This document shows positions 1 through 10,149 of a stretch of DNA of 54,965 bases, in pieces (the stretch's first letter is position 1; every line of letters starts with the position of its first letter). The position numbers were made by a program, and so were the translations under genes. The DNA lies in the IMG/VR virus record IMGVR_UViG_3300032085_001238. One strand, written 5' to 3'. The notes beneath the pieces were generated by a model. That model worked only from the letters and a program-made list of their open reading frames with translations. It was not told where the DNA came from and ran no database searches. Source of the DNA: an uncultured virus (IMG/VR IMGVR_UViG_3300032085_001238) (taxonomy: Duplodnaviria; Heunggongvirae; Uroviricota; Caudoviricetes).

Positions 1-274
1 CATAGAAGTTCTTACCTTTAGCTTGATATTTAAATCTTGCAAGTTTCCTTATACCGAATGAAACATTGTATGAACCCTCAACTTCTTCTGTTGTTTCAAC
101 AAATGTTCCCAAGTCTTGGTTAAAGTCAAATTGTTGTTTTGGCTCAAATGGTGATTGAACACTTACACTTGTATAAAATGTAGAATACTTTAAAAAGTTA
201 TCTACAAAATAATTACTACCTTCACTTCCTAATAAGATAGCTGTTGTTAATAAGATTGATAGTAATTTTCTCAT
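1..274 (-). CDS. Exported/signal-peptide protein, 3' end runs off the window (not in ORF track)
   Basis: ATG at 274 with AGGAGA SD; reads MRKLLSILLTTAILLGSEGSNYFVDNFLKYSTFYTSVSVQSPF... open to the window edge; basic then hydrophobic N-terminus. Confidence 0.75.
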   Translation of the reverse strand, partial: MRKLLSILLTTAILLGSEGSNYFVDNFLKYSTFYTSVSVQSPFEPKQQFDFNQDLGTFVETTEEVEGSYNVSFGIRKLARFKYQAKGKNFY

Positions 275-285
275 TTACTTTTCTC

Positions 286-702
286 CTACTGTATTTTATT
301 CTCGTGTTTATTTACTACTCTTGTTAATTCTGTTAATAAATCAACACAAGAAGTATCCACTTTATATTTTGACAAGTCCAAAAGTGGTAAAGGTTTTTCT
401 ATTTTAATGTCTTTCAGTTTGTCATTCTGAATCACTAATTTACTTCCACCTACGATAATACCATCCACTACATCATAAGTAAAGAATGTTGTAGACCAGA
501 TTCCTACTCTGACTATTCTGCCAGGTTTACCATCTACTTCTACTACATCGTCTTCGTTGTAATCATTACCCTGAAATATCATAAATCCAGCTACAAGTTT
601 TTCAATTGTAGACCTGAAGAGTAATGTTAAAATACCAACTATAAATAACCACCCGTATTCACCGAGAATTAATGAAACCTGATTTTGGATTTCATTTTCC
701 AT
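286..702 (-). CDS. Small membrane protein with an MscS-like TM3/beta-domain segment
   Basis: TM helix (YGWLFIVGILTLLF), then IEKLVAGFMI..YNEDDVVEVDGKPGRIVRVGIWSTTF, resembling the MscS 'GD.I.i.g..G.V..I.lrsT' signature; much shorter than a full MscS. Confidence 0.6.
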   Translation of the reverse strand: MENEIQNQVSLILGEYGWLFIVGILTLLFRSTIEKLVAGFMIFQGNDYNEDDVVEVDGKPGRIVRVGIWSTTFFTYDVVDGIIVGGSKLVIQNDKLKDIKIEKPLPLLDLSKYKVDTSCVDLLTELTRVVNKHENKIQ

Positions 703-757
703 ATCAGTTCTCCAATTATTGGTTATATGTTAGTGTAACCTACTTATTATCAAAAAT

Positions 758-1549
758 CTATTTGTATCCTATACCTTTACTTCTTTTTTTATTACCTTTT
801 AAAATCAAATTATGTTTAACCCACATTTTACCTATCACATTTCTTATAGGTTTCTTTATAAATTTATCTATATATTTTTTTGTCAATTTTCCAAACTTAG
901 CTTGAGCTTCTTTTGGTTTTAAAAACTTTGAATTATCAACAATTACAAAATTACTACCAAACAAAGATTGAAATGCACCTAAGTTCTTTTGAACATCTTT
1001 CCACGATTGAACCAATATGTCTTCTGGTAATCTTCTTGCTCTTTCTTGATTTCTTTGTTTAGCAACTTCTAATGATGTATTAACAAATACCATATATGTA
1101 TCATATCCAAGTTTTTCTAATTGTTTTTTTTCAGCTTTTATCTTTCCAAGATTATGACCTGTTCCATCAATAATCATTCCAAGTCTACCTTCCATATATT
1201 TATTTTTTCTATCTCGTGTCATTAACTTGGCTTTTTTTCTAACTGTCATATTTTCTGAATCTTCATCCCCACCAGCAATAGCATCAAACACTTCTTCTGG
1301 CCATTTATCAATATCTAATTTACCTGTACCGAATGTTTCAAATCCATATTTTTTTAATAAAAATTCAAACTCTGTATCTGAATTAACTGCTTTCAATCCA
1401 CTAACCGATACATTGATTTTTTTAGGAATACCAAACAATTCACCAGCAACATAAGATTTACCAGAACCTGGCCCTCCAGCCATAAAAACGGCTTTCAATA
1501 TACCTTTGTCAAAGACTCCCTCTTCCAATAATTGTTTTAATTTAACCAA
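758..1549 (-). CDS. P-loop kinase (zeta-toxin/AAA_33-like)
   Basis: Walker A AGGPGSGKS; NSD motif; IIDGTG; lid motif A.QRN.ER.R; TTG start with GGAGA SD. Confidence 0.8.
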   Translation of the reverse strand: MVKLKQLLEEGVFDKGILKAVFMAGGPGSGKSYVAGELFGIPKKINVSVSGLKAVNSDTEFEFLLKKYGFETFGTGKLDIDKWPEEVFDAIAGGDEDSENMTVRKKAKLMTRDRKNKYMEGRLGMIIDGTGHNLGKIKAEKKQLEKLGYDTYMVFVNTSLEVAKQRNQERARRLPEDILVQSWKDVQKNLGAFQSLFGSNFVIVDNSKFLKPKEAQAKFGKLTKKYIDKFIKKPIRNVIGKMWVKHNLILKGNKKRSKGIGYK

Positions 1550-1575
1550 AATGGTTCTCCTATTAATATAGTATT

Positions 1576-1591
1576 ATTCATATATAAATAT
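1576..1591 (-). promoter_or_regulatory. Putative phage late promoter (ATATTTATATATGAAT)
   Basis: One of five identical 15-bp intergenic copies, each just upstream of a minus-strand gene. Confidence 0.75.
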
Positions 1592-1604
1592 AACAAAAGT
1601 TTAA

Positions 1605-2717
1605 TTAAATGGGAATTATTGTTCTATCTAAACGAACACTACAAGAAATAAAACTTCCAGCTGCATTTAATCTAACATCAGAATTACTTATATCAGTTGT
1701 AAAATTAATTAAGTTCAAACCTGAATTTATTTGTGCATATTCCGTATTTGAAGCTGTTGAATTATGATGTAAAACCAATAATTCACTCACTTGATAATTT
1801 GAAGCACTTGTTACTTGTAAAGTGTATTTTGCTGAACGAAAACTTCCAGTATTAAAAGTATCAATTACTGATGATGAATTAGTCATTTGAACAAATTTAG
1901 TTTTAAATAAATCACCACTTGCACTTATGTTTCCACTTGCGGTTATATGATTGCCTTTTATAAAGCCAGTTGTTGTGAAGTTATTCATTGAAGCTGAATA
2001 AAATCCACCCATTGAAGCTGAATCTACTGAGAATGTTCTAGCAGTAGCACCTGTGAAAGTTCCTCCACCATTGTTTAATCCATCTCCAGCAGTTAGAGCG
2101 TTTGTTGTTGTTCCAATTGTTGTTGATGTGAACGCATTTGAACCAAGTTCTCGTGTTCCAACAATATTTGAACCATCTATCATTACAGCTGTTGCTTCCG
2201 AACCTTGATTTGATAATCCATTTAATATTAAACCAGCACTAGTTATTCTTCCACTTGAACTTATGTTTCCACTTGCAGTTATGTGATTAAATTTAACATT
2301 ATCGGTAGTTCTTAAACCTAAACCTATATCACCACTAATACCTGTGACTCCAGAGGTTGTTTTTCTTACAGCTCCTTGATTCACACTTGTAATATCTGTT
2401 AAAAATGAACCAGTTTGATTTGATAAAACAAATGGAATATTACCTTTAGTTATTGAACCTGTCACATTCAAAGAGCCTGTGAATTGATGTGTATCATCCA
2501 ATGAATTACCAAACTGTGTTGAACCTGATAATTGTTGTGTTGTGATGTTTGTTACTGATGAGGATACAATGTATTGTTGTGCAGTTAAACTTCCAGATAT
2601 TTTTAAATCACCTATTTCATTACCTGTCAAATCATATAGACGATTATCTGAACCTGTTCGTTGTAATAAATTCTGAAAGGTGTCTTGGATATTCTTATTC
2701 GTTAAATCAAACGACAT
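1605..2717 (-). CDS. Tail fibre-like virion protein (modular)
   Basis: HITASGNISxSG repeats; DDTHQFTGS block and C-terminal domain shared with 16285..17751; central block shared with 10337..16252. Confidence 0.7.
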   Translation of the reverse strand: MSFDLTNKNIQDTFQNLLQRTGSDNRLYDLTGNEIGDLKISGSLTAQQYIVSSSVTNITTQQLSGSTQFGNSLDDTHQFTGSLNVTGSITKGNIPFVLSNQTGSFLTDITSVNQGAVRKTTSGVTGISGDIGLGLRTTDNVKFNHITASGNISSSGRITSAGLILNGLSNQGSEATAVMIDGSNIVGTRELGSNAFTSTTIGTTTNALTAGDGLNNGGGTFTGATARTFSVDSASMGGFYSASMNNFTTTGFIKGNHITASGNISASGDLFKTKFVQMTNSSSVIDTFNTGSFRSAKYTLQVTSASNYQVSELLVLHHNSTASNTEYAQINSGLNLINFTTDISNSDVRLNAAGSFISCSVRLDRTIIPI

Positions 2718-2729
2718 AACTTATAACCT

Positions 2730-3287
2730 TTATACCTTTGGTAGTTTTTTAATAACTTCTCGTATGAATTTTTTTGTTCCACCTTTATATTCAATTTTAT
2801 TTGAATAGTTTTCAAGTATTGAAACAATTCTTTTTTTATCCTTTACAACCTTTTGTAATGTGATATTATTTTTTTTAAAAAATTCTACAATTTCATTGAT
2901 TGAATTAGAATCATTTTTAACATTTTTAATTTTGACTTGTGGTTTTGTAGATTCTTTTATTTGTTTTTTATTACCTTGTGATTTTACCTCAACCGTTACT
3001 TTCTTTGATGTTGATACAACAAAGTTAGATTGCCAAGGTTCAATCAAAGTATCTTCAGCTATAACTTCTAACTTTATATCACCTGTAGTGTTTTCATCCA
3101 ATAAACCTTTTAATTTTTTAATAGGAACTTTACAATTTCCATCTTTTGTTATTGTTCCTGGAAATAAAAGAGTTAAATCTTTCGTTTCAACCAATATTCT
3201 AGCACTTGAATTTTTTAAATCTGCACCTTCTAAGAATAAATCACATTCAAATGTTTCTTGTTTATCTGTGTATAATTTATACGCCAC
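2730..3287 (-). CDS. Hypothetical protein (possible Ig/BppU-like N-terminal domain)
   Basis: 185-aa ORF in a late operon; beta-rich N-half, Lys-rich C-half. Confidence 0.55.
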   Translation of the reverse strand: MAYKLYTDKQETFECDLFLEGADLKNSSARILVETKDLTLLFPGTITKDGNCKVPIKKLKGLLDENTTGDIKLEVIAEDTLIEPWQSNFVVSTSKKVTVEVKSQGNKKQIKESTKPQVKIKNVKNDSNSINEIVEFFKKNNITLQKVVKDKKRIVSILENYSNKIEYKGGTKKFIREVIKKLPKV

Positions 3288-3669
3288 TTTTTATCTCCAA
3301 TTTAACTTTTCCTATGATGGTTTCAGCTACTAACTCTACATCATCGACTTTAACTTCAACACTACCAACTTCTGTAACATCATCATAAACTTTTTCACCC
3401 TTAATTCGACAAATCAAATGAATAAGTTTTTTCTTCTTATTATCGTCAAGTTTATTTAATCTATCTTGTCTAGCTCTTCTTGAACCACTTCCAATTCCAT
3501 CCATTATTTCTTGAATGAAATTTACATCGCCCCAAGTTACATCTGCTGTTCCCCAACTAAGTATTACATTCGATGGAATGTTATCATTTTGTTGGTCTTT
3601 ACCAACTTGTAAAACATCACTATTCCATTGAATTGGAAATTTTTCAGCATTTTGATGTGTTTTTGCCAT
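3277..3669 (-). CDS. Hypothetical protein
   Basis: 130-aa ORF directly downstream of the late motif, with an AGGA SD. Confidence 0.7.
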   Translation of the reverse strand: MAKTHQNAEKFPIQWNSDVLQVGKDQQNDNIPSNVILSWGTADVTWGDVNFIQEIMDGIGSGSRRARQDRLNKLDDNKKKKLIHLICRIKGEKVYDDVTEVGSVEVKVDDVELVAETIIGKVKLEIKSGV

Positions 3670-3680
3670 TATATAGTCCT

Positions 3681-3696
3681 ATTCATATATAAATAT
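3681..3696 (-). promoter_or_regulatory. Putative phage late promoter
   Basis: Exact ATATTTATATATGAAT, 11 nt upstream of the ATG at 3669. Confidence 0.75.
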
Positions 3697-3724
3697 AATA
3701 AAAGTTAAGAAAGATTGAATTTTA

Positions 3725-4468
3725 TTAATCCACTCCAATTACTTTTCCAATATTTGCAGTAGCCACACCATTTACTTTTCCAATACTTCCAGCAGCTAAA
3801 CTTACAACTTTATGACTATAACCTGATGTAGCAAGGGTTAATTCTAATTTAGGGTCTTTACTTGTTCCCGCACTATTTGCATAAAATATTTTAATTTTTA
3901 CTTCGTTTGAAGTTCCTGGGTCAGTACCAGTTTTATCATAGTTACCTATTAAACCTGTATTTAATATTCCACTTCCTACTGCACTATTTATAGCCGTTAT
4001 ACCAGCGGAATTTATATCTATGGTATGATAACCTTCTGTGGTTGATATTTGTGTACTACCATAATTAGTCATAGTGCCAGGTCGGTCAAAATCACCAGTA
4101 TCACCATCTAAAGTATTCCAACTAACAAGATAAACCGTTGATTGGTCTGTTCCAGTATCACCAAGATTATCACTATATACTTTAAATTGAGCAGATGCTA
4201 CAGTACCTGATTCACCTGATAAATCAAATGCAAAGAAAGACCTATTACATTCCCATGTATTGGAAGTTCCTCTACCAAAAAACTTTGCATTATGAATACC
4301 CTCATCAAAACTTGCAGCACTATCATTGTGATTATTACCAGTAGAATCTCCTATCAATTGAGCCCAACTTGCCCCACCTACAATTGTACTTAGTGAGTTT
4401 TCAACATAACTATCTGGTTCTGCATCACCACCTGCACCACCAAGTGCAAATATCGTAGAATCTGGCAT
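3725..4468 (-). CDS. Virion protein with a DNRLRE/CBM96-like beta-sandwich
   Basis: RSFFAFDLS..VASAQFKVY...PKLELT pattern; C-terminal GKVNGVATANIGKVIGVD. Confidence 0.55.
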   Translation of the reverse strand: MPDSTIFALGGAGGDAEPDSYVENSLSTIVGGASWAQLIGDSTGNNHNDSAASFDEGIHNAKFFGRGTSNTWECNRSFFAFDLSGESGTVASAQFKVYSDNLGDTGTDQSTVYLVSWNTLDGDTGDFDRPGTMTNYGSTQISTTEGYHTIDINSAGITAINSAVGSGILNTGLIGNYDKTGTDPGTSNEVKIKIFYANSAGTSKDPKLELTLATSGYSHKVVSLAAGSIGKVNGVATANIGKVIGVD

Positions 4469-5035
4469 TTAAAACTCCTTCATTGGTAAATAATAAATTG
4501 TACTACCTGTAAAATAAGTATTTGAAGGTGGAGATACATTTATTGATTTATAAGTAACATTTTGTATACCATGATAATTCGACCTATTGTTTGAACGGTC
4601 GTGCCACCAAGTTACTTTTGTCCCACTTTTTGTCCAAGTGGATAAACTTGATGAAAATTGTTTTGCATTATCATCACCATAAGTATCATAAAATATTCCA
4701 TCATATGTTCCTAATGAATCTTTGACATCATACCAACTTTGAGATACAATGGTTACATTGGATTTTCCATTTGCCCATTCTACGGCTTTTGGAATTATTT
4801 CAGGATGATTTTCAACAATAATATGAGAATCAATACTATGAGAATGCATATATCCAGCTGATATTCCCATACCGAAACCTATTTCCAATATGTCTCCACC
4901 ACCTTCGGTTACATAAGCTGCAGAAGCTGACATTACATCATCTTCCCAAGACATCATAACTTCATTATCCATTCCATCTATTGTGATTTTATCAGATTCA
5001 AATACTAATGATTGTGATACATACCAATTACTCAT
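4469..5035 (-). CDS. Class I SAM-dependent methyltransferase, GAMT/RMT2-like
   Basis: VMMSWE..M, ILEIGFGMGIS, HIIVENHPEI and YDGIFYDTY match hallmark motifs of guanidinoacetate/Rmt2 arginine methyltransferases. Confidence 0.85.
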   Translation of the reverse strand: MSNWYVSQSLVFESDKITIDGMDNEVMMSWEDDVMSASAAYVTEGGGDILEIGFGMGISAGYMHSHSIDSHIIVENHPEIIPKAVEWANGKSNVTIVSQSWYDVKDSLGTYDGIFYDTYGDDNAKQFSSSLSTWTKSGTKVTWWHDRSNNRSNYHGIQNVTYKSINVSPPSNTYFTGSTIYYLPMKEF

Positions 5036-7554
5036 TAAGCACTCACTTCAACAAATGTGTTATCAGGATTAAACCAAATTTGTCCGTTTGATGCATCTAA
5101 ACAATAACCAACAACTCTAACTATATCAGTATTACCTGATGGTGCTGTAGCTGTGGCTTGTCCTGTACCACCCGTAGCTAAAAACAATACATCACCAACC
5201 GCACCAGGGTCGTGGTCTAATGTAACCGTACCTCTTAACAACATTCCATTTGTATCTGAAGCTGCTCCTAAAGCAACAGCTAATAAACCATCACAGTTTG
5301 CAACGGCGTCAGCATCAGCTAACTCCCAAGTTCCATCTGATTTGTAATGATAAATTTTACCATTATCCATTGATGTTGTTCCACCAAAGAAAACCACATC
5401 ACCTTGATGGTCAGCATCAGTATTAGATGTTTTATTAAATTTATTTGTAGTTATTGTCGCGGTTCCACTAACACCAAAATCACCTGAAGCTGATAATGAA
5501 CCTCCAGCCATTGTAAGATTATTTCCAGTCTGTGTTAAAGTTACATCACCATTATCAAAGTTTATAACTCCACCTTCAGCAAGAAATAAATCTGACCATT
5601 GTCTATTAGAAGCACCCAAAGCTAATCCATTACTTGTTGCAGGTTGTAGACTAGTAGTGTTTAATTTCATTTCATCATTGTTACCTACTCTAAATCCTAT
5701 AACATTATCAGCAGTTGCAAAATCAATTAAATCCGTAGAGTCTCTACCGATTTTTAAACCAGTATTTAGAATTGAATCTACACCTGTTACATCCCCATCT
5801 ATTCCAGTCAATTCACCAATGATATTTCCACTACAACTTATATTTCCACTTGCGGTTATGTGTGATTGAACATTTAAATCCCCACCCACATCTAATTTAG
5901 AAACAGGTGTTGTATCCGAAATACCAACTCTTGATAAACCAGCATCTCCAAATATAAGTTCATTTTCACCTGAATCCATATAGGCAAAGTTCGCATCTAC
6001 TTCACCTGTATTAAATGTATATGTATCTCCAGCTTGTGCATTAAATTGTATTCCACCTGTACTTAAAGAAATTAGGACAGATGTTGCAGTGTCAGCTCTA
6101 ACTGAATCTACATCTATTGTTCCTACATTTGTAATGTTTCCGTCACCAAAATCAGCATTACCATTTATATCTAAACTCGCGCCTTTTAGAGCTCCACTTG
6201 CACTTATATCTCCTGCAGCTGTAAAATCATTCATTGAAGCAGAAAAGAATGGAGCTAATGAAGCTGAATCTACAGAAAATGTTCTAGCTGCAGCTCCATC
6301 AAAAGTTCCACCACCATTGTTTAATCCAGCACCTGCAGTTAAAGCATTTGGTACTTTTAATACTGATAAACTATCAGATGATAATTCCATTGTCGAAGTA
6401 TCAGCTGAATTTGTGTTTAACATTGTTCCTTCAACTGAATTTGCTGCAATTGTCACTACACCACCATTAGTCATTGTCACATCACCACTTAATGCTGCGG
6501 CAGTAAAACCAGTTCCATCACCAATTAAAATTTGAGTGTTTGTTACTGCTTTGAATGATGGGTCACCTGTACTATTTGCATCTCTTACAAGAACTGTATT
6601 CGCAGCTGCATGTGCTAATTTTGCAAGAGTTATTGATTCATCAGCAACAGTAGCACTTACATTTGATAATCCAGCTCCATCACCACTAAATGAAGAAGCA
6701 GATACGAACCCACTTGCACTTATGTTTCCAATAACTTCTAATTTTTCACCGGGCGTTGATGTTCCAATACCAAGATTTCCTGTTGAGCCAGTTAACATCA
6801 TTTTCTCAGTAAAATTATACGCACTTCCATTATTTATACCAAATTTTATACTTCCTTTCGCTGATAAATGAACATCTGCTTTATTTCCTAAGGCTTCTAC
6901 AATATAATCATTTCCTGTTCCAACAGTAAAAGTATGTGATTTATTACTCGCACCAGTGGTTTCAATAACCAAAGAATTAGCACTTGATACACCACTATCA
7001 TCAGCCTCACCAACCGTAAGTCTTGATGTATTGTTTGAAGTAAATACAGTCATTGAACCTGAAACTGATAAAGTGTTTTGTGGTGTGGGTGTTCCAATAC
7101 CAACTTTTCCAAAATTACCACTACTGGTTACAATAAGTACATCCGTACCAGCAGTATTTTCTATTAAAAGATATTTTTGATTACTATCTGAACCTGATAT
7201 ATGTAATTGTGAAGTAGCTCCTGCTGTTCCAATACCAACATTACCACCACCACTTTGTAAAGCCACAGTGTTAGAACCAGATATAAAAACATTAGTGGTT
7301 TTACTTCCAAAAATAATATTTTTACCACTACCATCATCTCTAATTTCACCATTTTGTTCAAATACAATATCTACATTATTTGTTCCATCACCAATAAAAA
7401 CATCAGAAGCACCATCACCTAACAATACATCCCCAAGAACATTACTGATGACTAAATCATCACCATCAGCTTTTATTTGTCCTGAACCAGAACCAGCTGA
7501 ACTTGAAAATTGTATTAATCCCGATGAGGGTGTTATCAGTACATCACTAGCCAT
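5035..7554 (-). CDS. Tail fibre protein
   Basis: Repeated GNVGIGTxxP..L.V.G motifs, ITASGNIS repeats, modules shared with 10337..16252. Confidence 0.75.
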   Translation of the reverse strand: MASDVLITPSSGLIQFSSSAGSGSGQIKADGDDLVISNVLGDVLLGDGASDVFIGDGTNNVDIVFEQNGEIRDDGSGKNIIFGSKTTNVFISGSNTVALQSGGGNVGIGTAGATSQLHISGSDSNQKYLLIENTAGTDVLIVTSSGNFGKVGIGTPTPQNTLSVSGSMTVFTSNNTSRLTVGEADDSGVSSANSLVIETTGASNKSHTFTVGTGNDYIVEALGNKADVHLSAKGSIKFGINNGSAYNFTEKMMLTGSTGNLGIGTSTPGEKLEVIGNISASGFVSASSFSGDGAGLSNVSATVADESITLAKLAHAAANTVLVRDANSTGDPSFKAVTNTQILIGDGTGFTAAALSGDVTMTNGGVVTIAANSVEGTMLNTNSADTSTMELSSDSLSVLKVPNALTAGAGLNNGGGTFDGAAARTFSVDSASLAPFFSASMNDFTAAGDISASGALKGASLDINGNADFGDGNITNVGTIDVDSVRADTATSVLISLSTGGIQFNAQAGDTYTFNTGEVDANFAYMDSGENELIFGDAGLSRVGISDTTPVSKLDVGGDLNVQSHITASGNISCSGNIIGELTGIDGDVTGVDSILNTGLKIGRDSTDLIDFATADNVIGFRVGNNDEMKLNTTSLQPATSNGLALGASNRQWSDLFLAEGGVINFDNGDVTLTQTGNNLTMAGGSLSASGDFGVSGTATITTNKFNKTSNTDADHQGDVVFFGGTTSMDNGKIYHYKSDGTWELADADAVANCDGLLAVALGAASDTNGMLLRGTVTLDHDPGAVGDVLFLATGGTGQATATAPSGNTDIVRVVGYCLDASNGQIWFNPDNTFVEVSA

Positions 7555-10149
7555 TTATATTCTCCCACTAATTCTTTTTTTAATCGTATTAAAGTTACTT
7601 CTTACAACAGGTTTGTTTGGTGTATTTCTATCTAATCTAACCTCTGCACTTCCTGCTTTATCAAATCTAACAATTGGTTCTTTAATAAAAAAGTGTTCTT
7701 CTCTTGTATTCGTACTTGAAACTCTTACACCATAAAGTAAATAAAATCCACATTTTTGTGGTTGTATAGTTAGTGTTTTATTTTGAAAATCTCCAATACT
7801 TGCATTTGTATATGCAACATCTTCACGAAATCCAACACTTTTGTTTGGATTTGGTTTATTAGTACTTGTGTATATAGTTGTATCGTATTCACCGAGATTA
7901 TATCTACCCATTTTATAATCACCACTCATTTTTGCTGTTAATCTTGGATATGTAAAATTACCATCCGTTCCTACGGATTGTAATTCACAAGATAATCTAA
8001 CGGTTGTTCCTGCTGGAACATATACAATATCCATCACACCAGCCGCACTATCATCACCGAACTTCACTTTCCAATAACCACCATCACTTACCCATTCTTT
8101 TAAACATTGTCCTATTTGCATAGCCAATCCATCTATTTCATGATTGTATTCTTGATACACAGCTTTTCCTGTTGTTCCAGTTGTTCTATCCCATTCAGTT
8201 CTTGGATGTGACGCCATACGAAGATAATTTGAATATTGAACTGGTGTGAAACCCTCAGGTGCTGTTACATCCCATCTGTTTTTAATATATGAATCTAAAA
8301 AGTATACAGGACCAGTTCCATCACCCATATAAGGCCAATAAGTAAAACCATCCATATGGAATCTATCATTAAGTTGATTTGGTGATGAGTAAAAATCATA
8401 ATAAGGTCTACCTTGATTGTTTAACATAATCCAATGTCTTCTGTTAACATTTTCTCTTGTATGATACCATATTGTTCCATAACTTTCAACTCTTGTTATA
8501 TACATATAATTAACATCACAATAAACTTCTGAACTGTTATCTAATAAAAATCCAGTATGGTCGGAACGAGTCATATAACAACCATTGAATTTTGCATGTG
8601 CTCCATAACCCCAATTATACATATTGTAATAACCATCATATGAAACAATGTTTCTTGTTTCCATACCCCAAGAACTTCTAACCATAAATCCACGATGTGT
8701 ATCGTTAGAATTATTCGCACTACCATCCCAAGTACAATTTGTAGCTTCTGATTGATAACCATAATTCAATGTATCAGTACTATCAGGGTCTAATCCACCA
8801 TTGTATCCAGCAATACAAACTCCAGCTCTATAAAAGTTATTGTTTGTATTTCCACCTAATCCTTTGAATTGTACATCTTTAAACCTAATACGCCGCGTAG
8901 CTGCATTATTACCAAGACTACCCCAATTCTCAATATAAACAAAAACTCTATCATCAGCATCGTCACAACGAATCACACAATCTCTTGTAAGAATTGTAAC
9001 TAAACTTCCTACTTTATGAACATATCTAACTTGGTCGTCTAATGTTACTGTAGTTCCAGCAATAGCAGTGATTGTATATTTTGTGTCATAATCCCAACCA
9101 GTATTTGTATCATTGTTTACATCAATTAAAATTTCATCACCAACTGCTAAATCAGAAGCATTACCCACCACAATATCTGCAGTTGAATCAGCTGATTCAA
9201 TAGCAGTTGTTAGAGTGGTTGCATTTCTTCTAACTTGTGAACCACTTGCTGCAAAAAGTTGAGTTCCTGAAGGAGTTGTATCTGTAAGTAAATCTTTCCC
9301 ATGTCCATTTAAATGTCTTCTTTCATTTCCTGTTTGATAAATTGTTTTACCTATTAAGTTAGCTATTGTACCTGATACATTTGCATCAATTCTAATAAAA
9401 TTTCTTAAAAAGTCAATTCCAGTTATTGATACAACATTTCTATCACTACCAGTTCCAAATATTATTTTGTATCCTTCTCTAAATACTTTTGCATTATCAA
9501 CAAGTATCATTCTTGGATTTACAAATCTTTGAATTGTAGCAGTTGGAGATACGAATTGTCTGTAATAAATTTTGTTTGCACCTGCTGTTGTATCAACATC
9601 GTGAACCCAAAAACTTTCATCATCACAATGTTTATATCCTGTAAATCTTGAATACACAGAAATCCAATCACCAGCTGCAAAATTAGAAGCTGATATAACA
9701 GGTAAATAATCTTGATTGTAATCAATATAATTTGAACAACTTATAGCTGTGATTAATGCCTTATCCGTACCTTCACAAATAACTTGAGTTCGTGTTTGTG
9801 TTTCACACCATATAGCATGTTGTTCTGAATTTGTTCCTTTTAAAACTAATTCAGTATTTGCTTTCATTTCAAACTTACCAGCTGAATCGGATTCACCTTC
9901 TGTAAAATAATTTGATTCACCACCATAAATTGTAGCTCTACCATTAAGTTTAAACTGACTTCCACTTTGAAAAGATAAACAACCATGTACAGTTATATCA
10001 CCATAACCATTTGTTGGCATATCTATTGTACTAGCAGTAACACTATGTCCAGCAGCAATAGTGAAAGTATCACCATCTGCAGGTGTAGCACCACCCCAAG
10101 TTGCTGATGCTGTAAAATTACCTGATTGATTTGAGGTTAAAGCTGCCAT
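7555..10149 (-). CDS. Tailspike-like protein (G8-like N-terminus, probable parallel beta-helix)
   Basis: TSNQSGNF..SATW.G.TP.DGDT.TIAAGH.VT is G8-like; central Asn/Tyr-rich periodic region is compatible with a beta-helix; located in the fibre block. Confidence 0.55.
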   Translation of the reverse strand: MAALTSNQSGNFTASATWGGATPADGDTFTIAAGHSVTASTIDMPTNGYGDITVHGCLSFQSGSQFKLNGRATIYGGESNYFTEGESDSAGKFEMKANTELVLKGTNSEQHAIWCETQTRTQVICEGTDKALITAISCSNYIDYNQDYLPVISASNFAAGDWISVYSRFTGYKHCDDESFWVHDVDTTAGANKIYYRQFVSPTATIQRFVNPRMILVDNAKVFREGYKIIFGTGSDRNVVSITGIDFLRNFIRIDANVSGTIANLIGKTIYQTGNERRHLNGHGKDLLTDTTPSGTQLFAASGSQVRRNATTLTTAIESADSTADIVVGNASDLAVGDEILIDVNNDTNTGWDYDTKYTITAIAGTTVTLDDQVRYVHKVGSLVTILTRDCVIRCDDADDRVFVYIENWGSLGNNAATRRIRFKDVQFKGLGGNTNNNFYRAGVCIAGYNGGLDPDSTDTLNYGYQSEATNCTWDGSANNSNDTHRGFMVRSSWGMETRNIVSYDGYYNMYNWGYGAHAKFNGCYMTRSDHTGFLLDNSSEVYCDVNYMYITRVESYGTIWYHTRENVNRRHWIMLNNQGRPYYDFYSSPNQLNDRFHMDGFTYWPYMGDGTGPVYFLDSYIKNRWDVTAPEGFTPVQYSNYLRMASHPRTEWDRTTGTTGKAVYQEYNHEIDGLAMQIGQCLKEWVSDGGYWKVKFGDDSAAGVMDIVYVPAGTTVRLSCELQSVGTDGNFTYPRLTAKMSGDYKMGRYNLGEYDTTIYTSTNKPNPNKSVGFREDVAYTNASIGDFQNKTLTIQPQKCGFYLLYGVRVSSTNTREEHFFIKEPIVRFDKAGSAEVRLDRNTPNKPVVRSNFNTIKKRISGRI

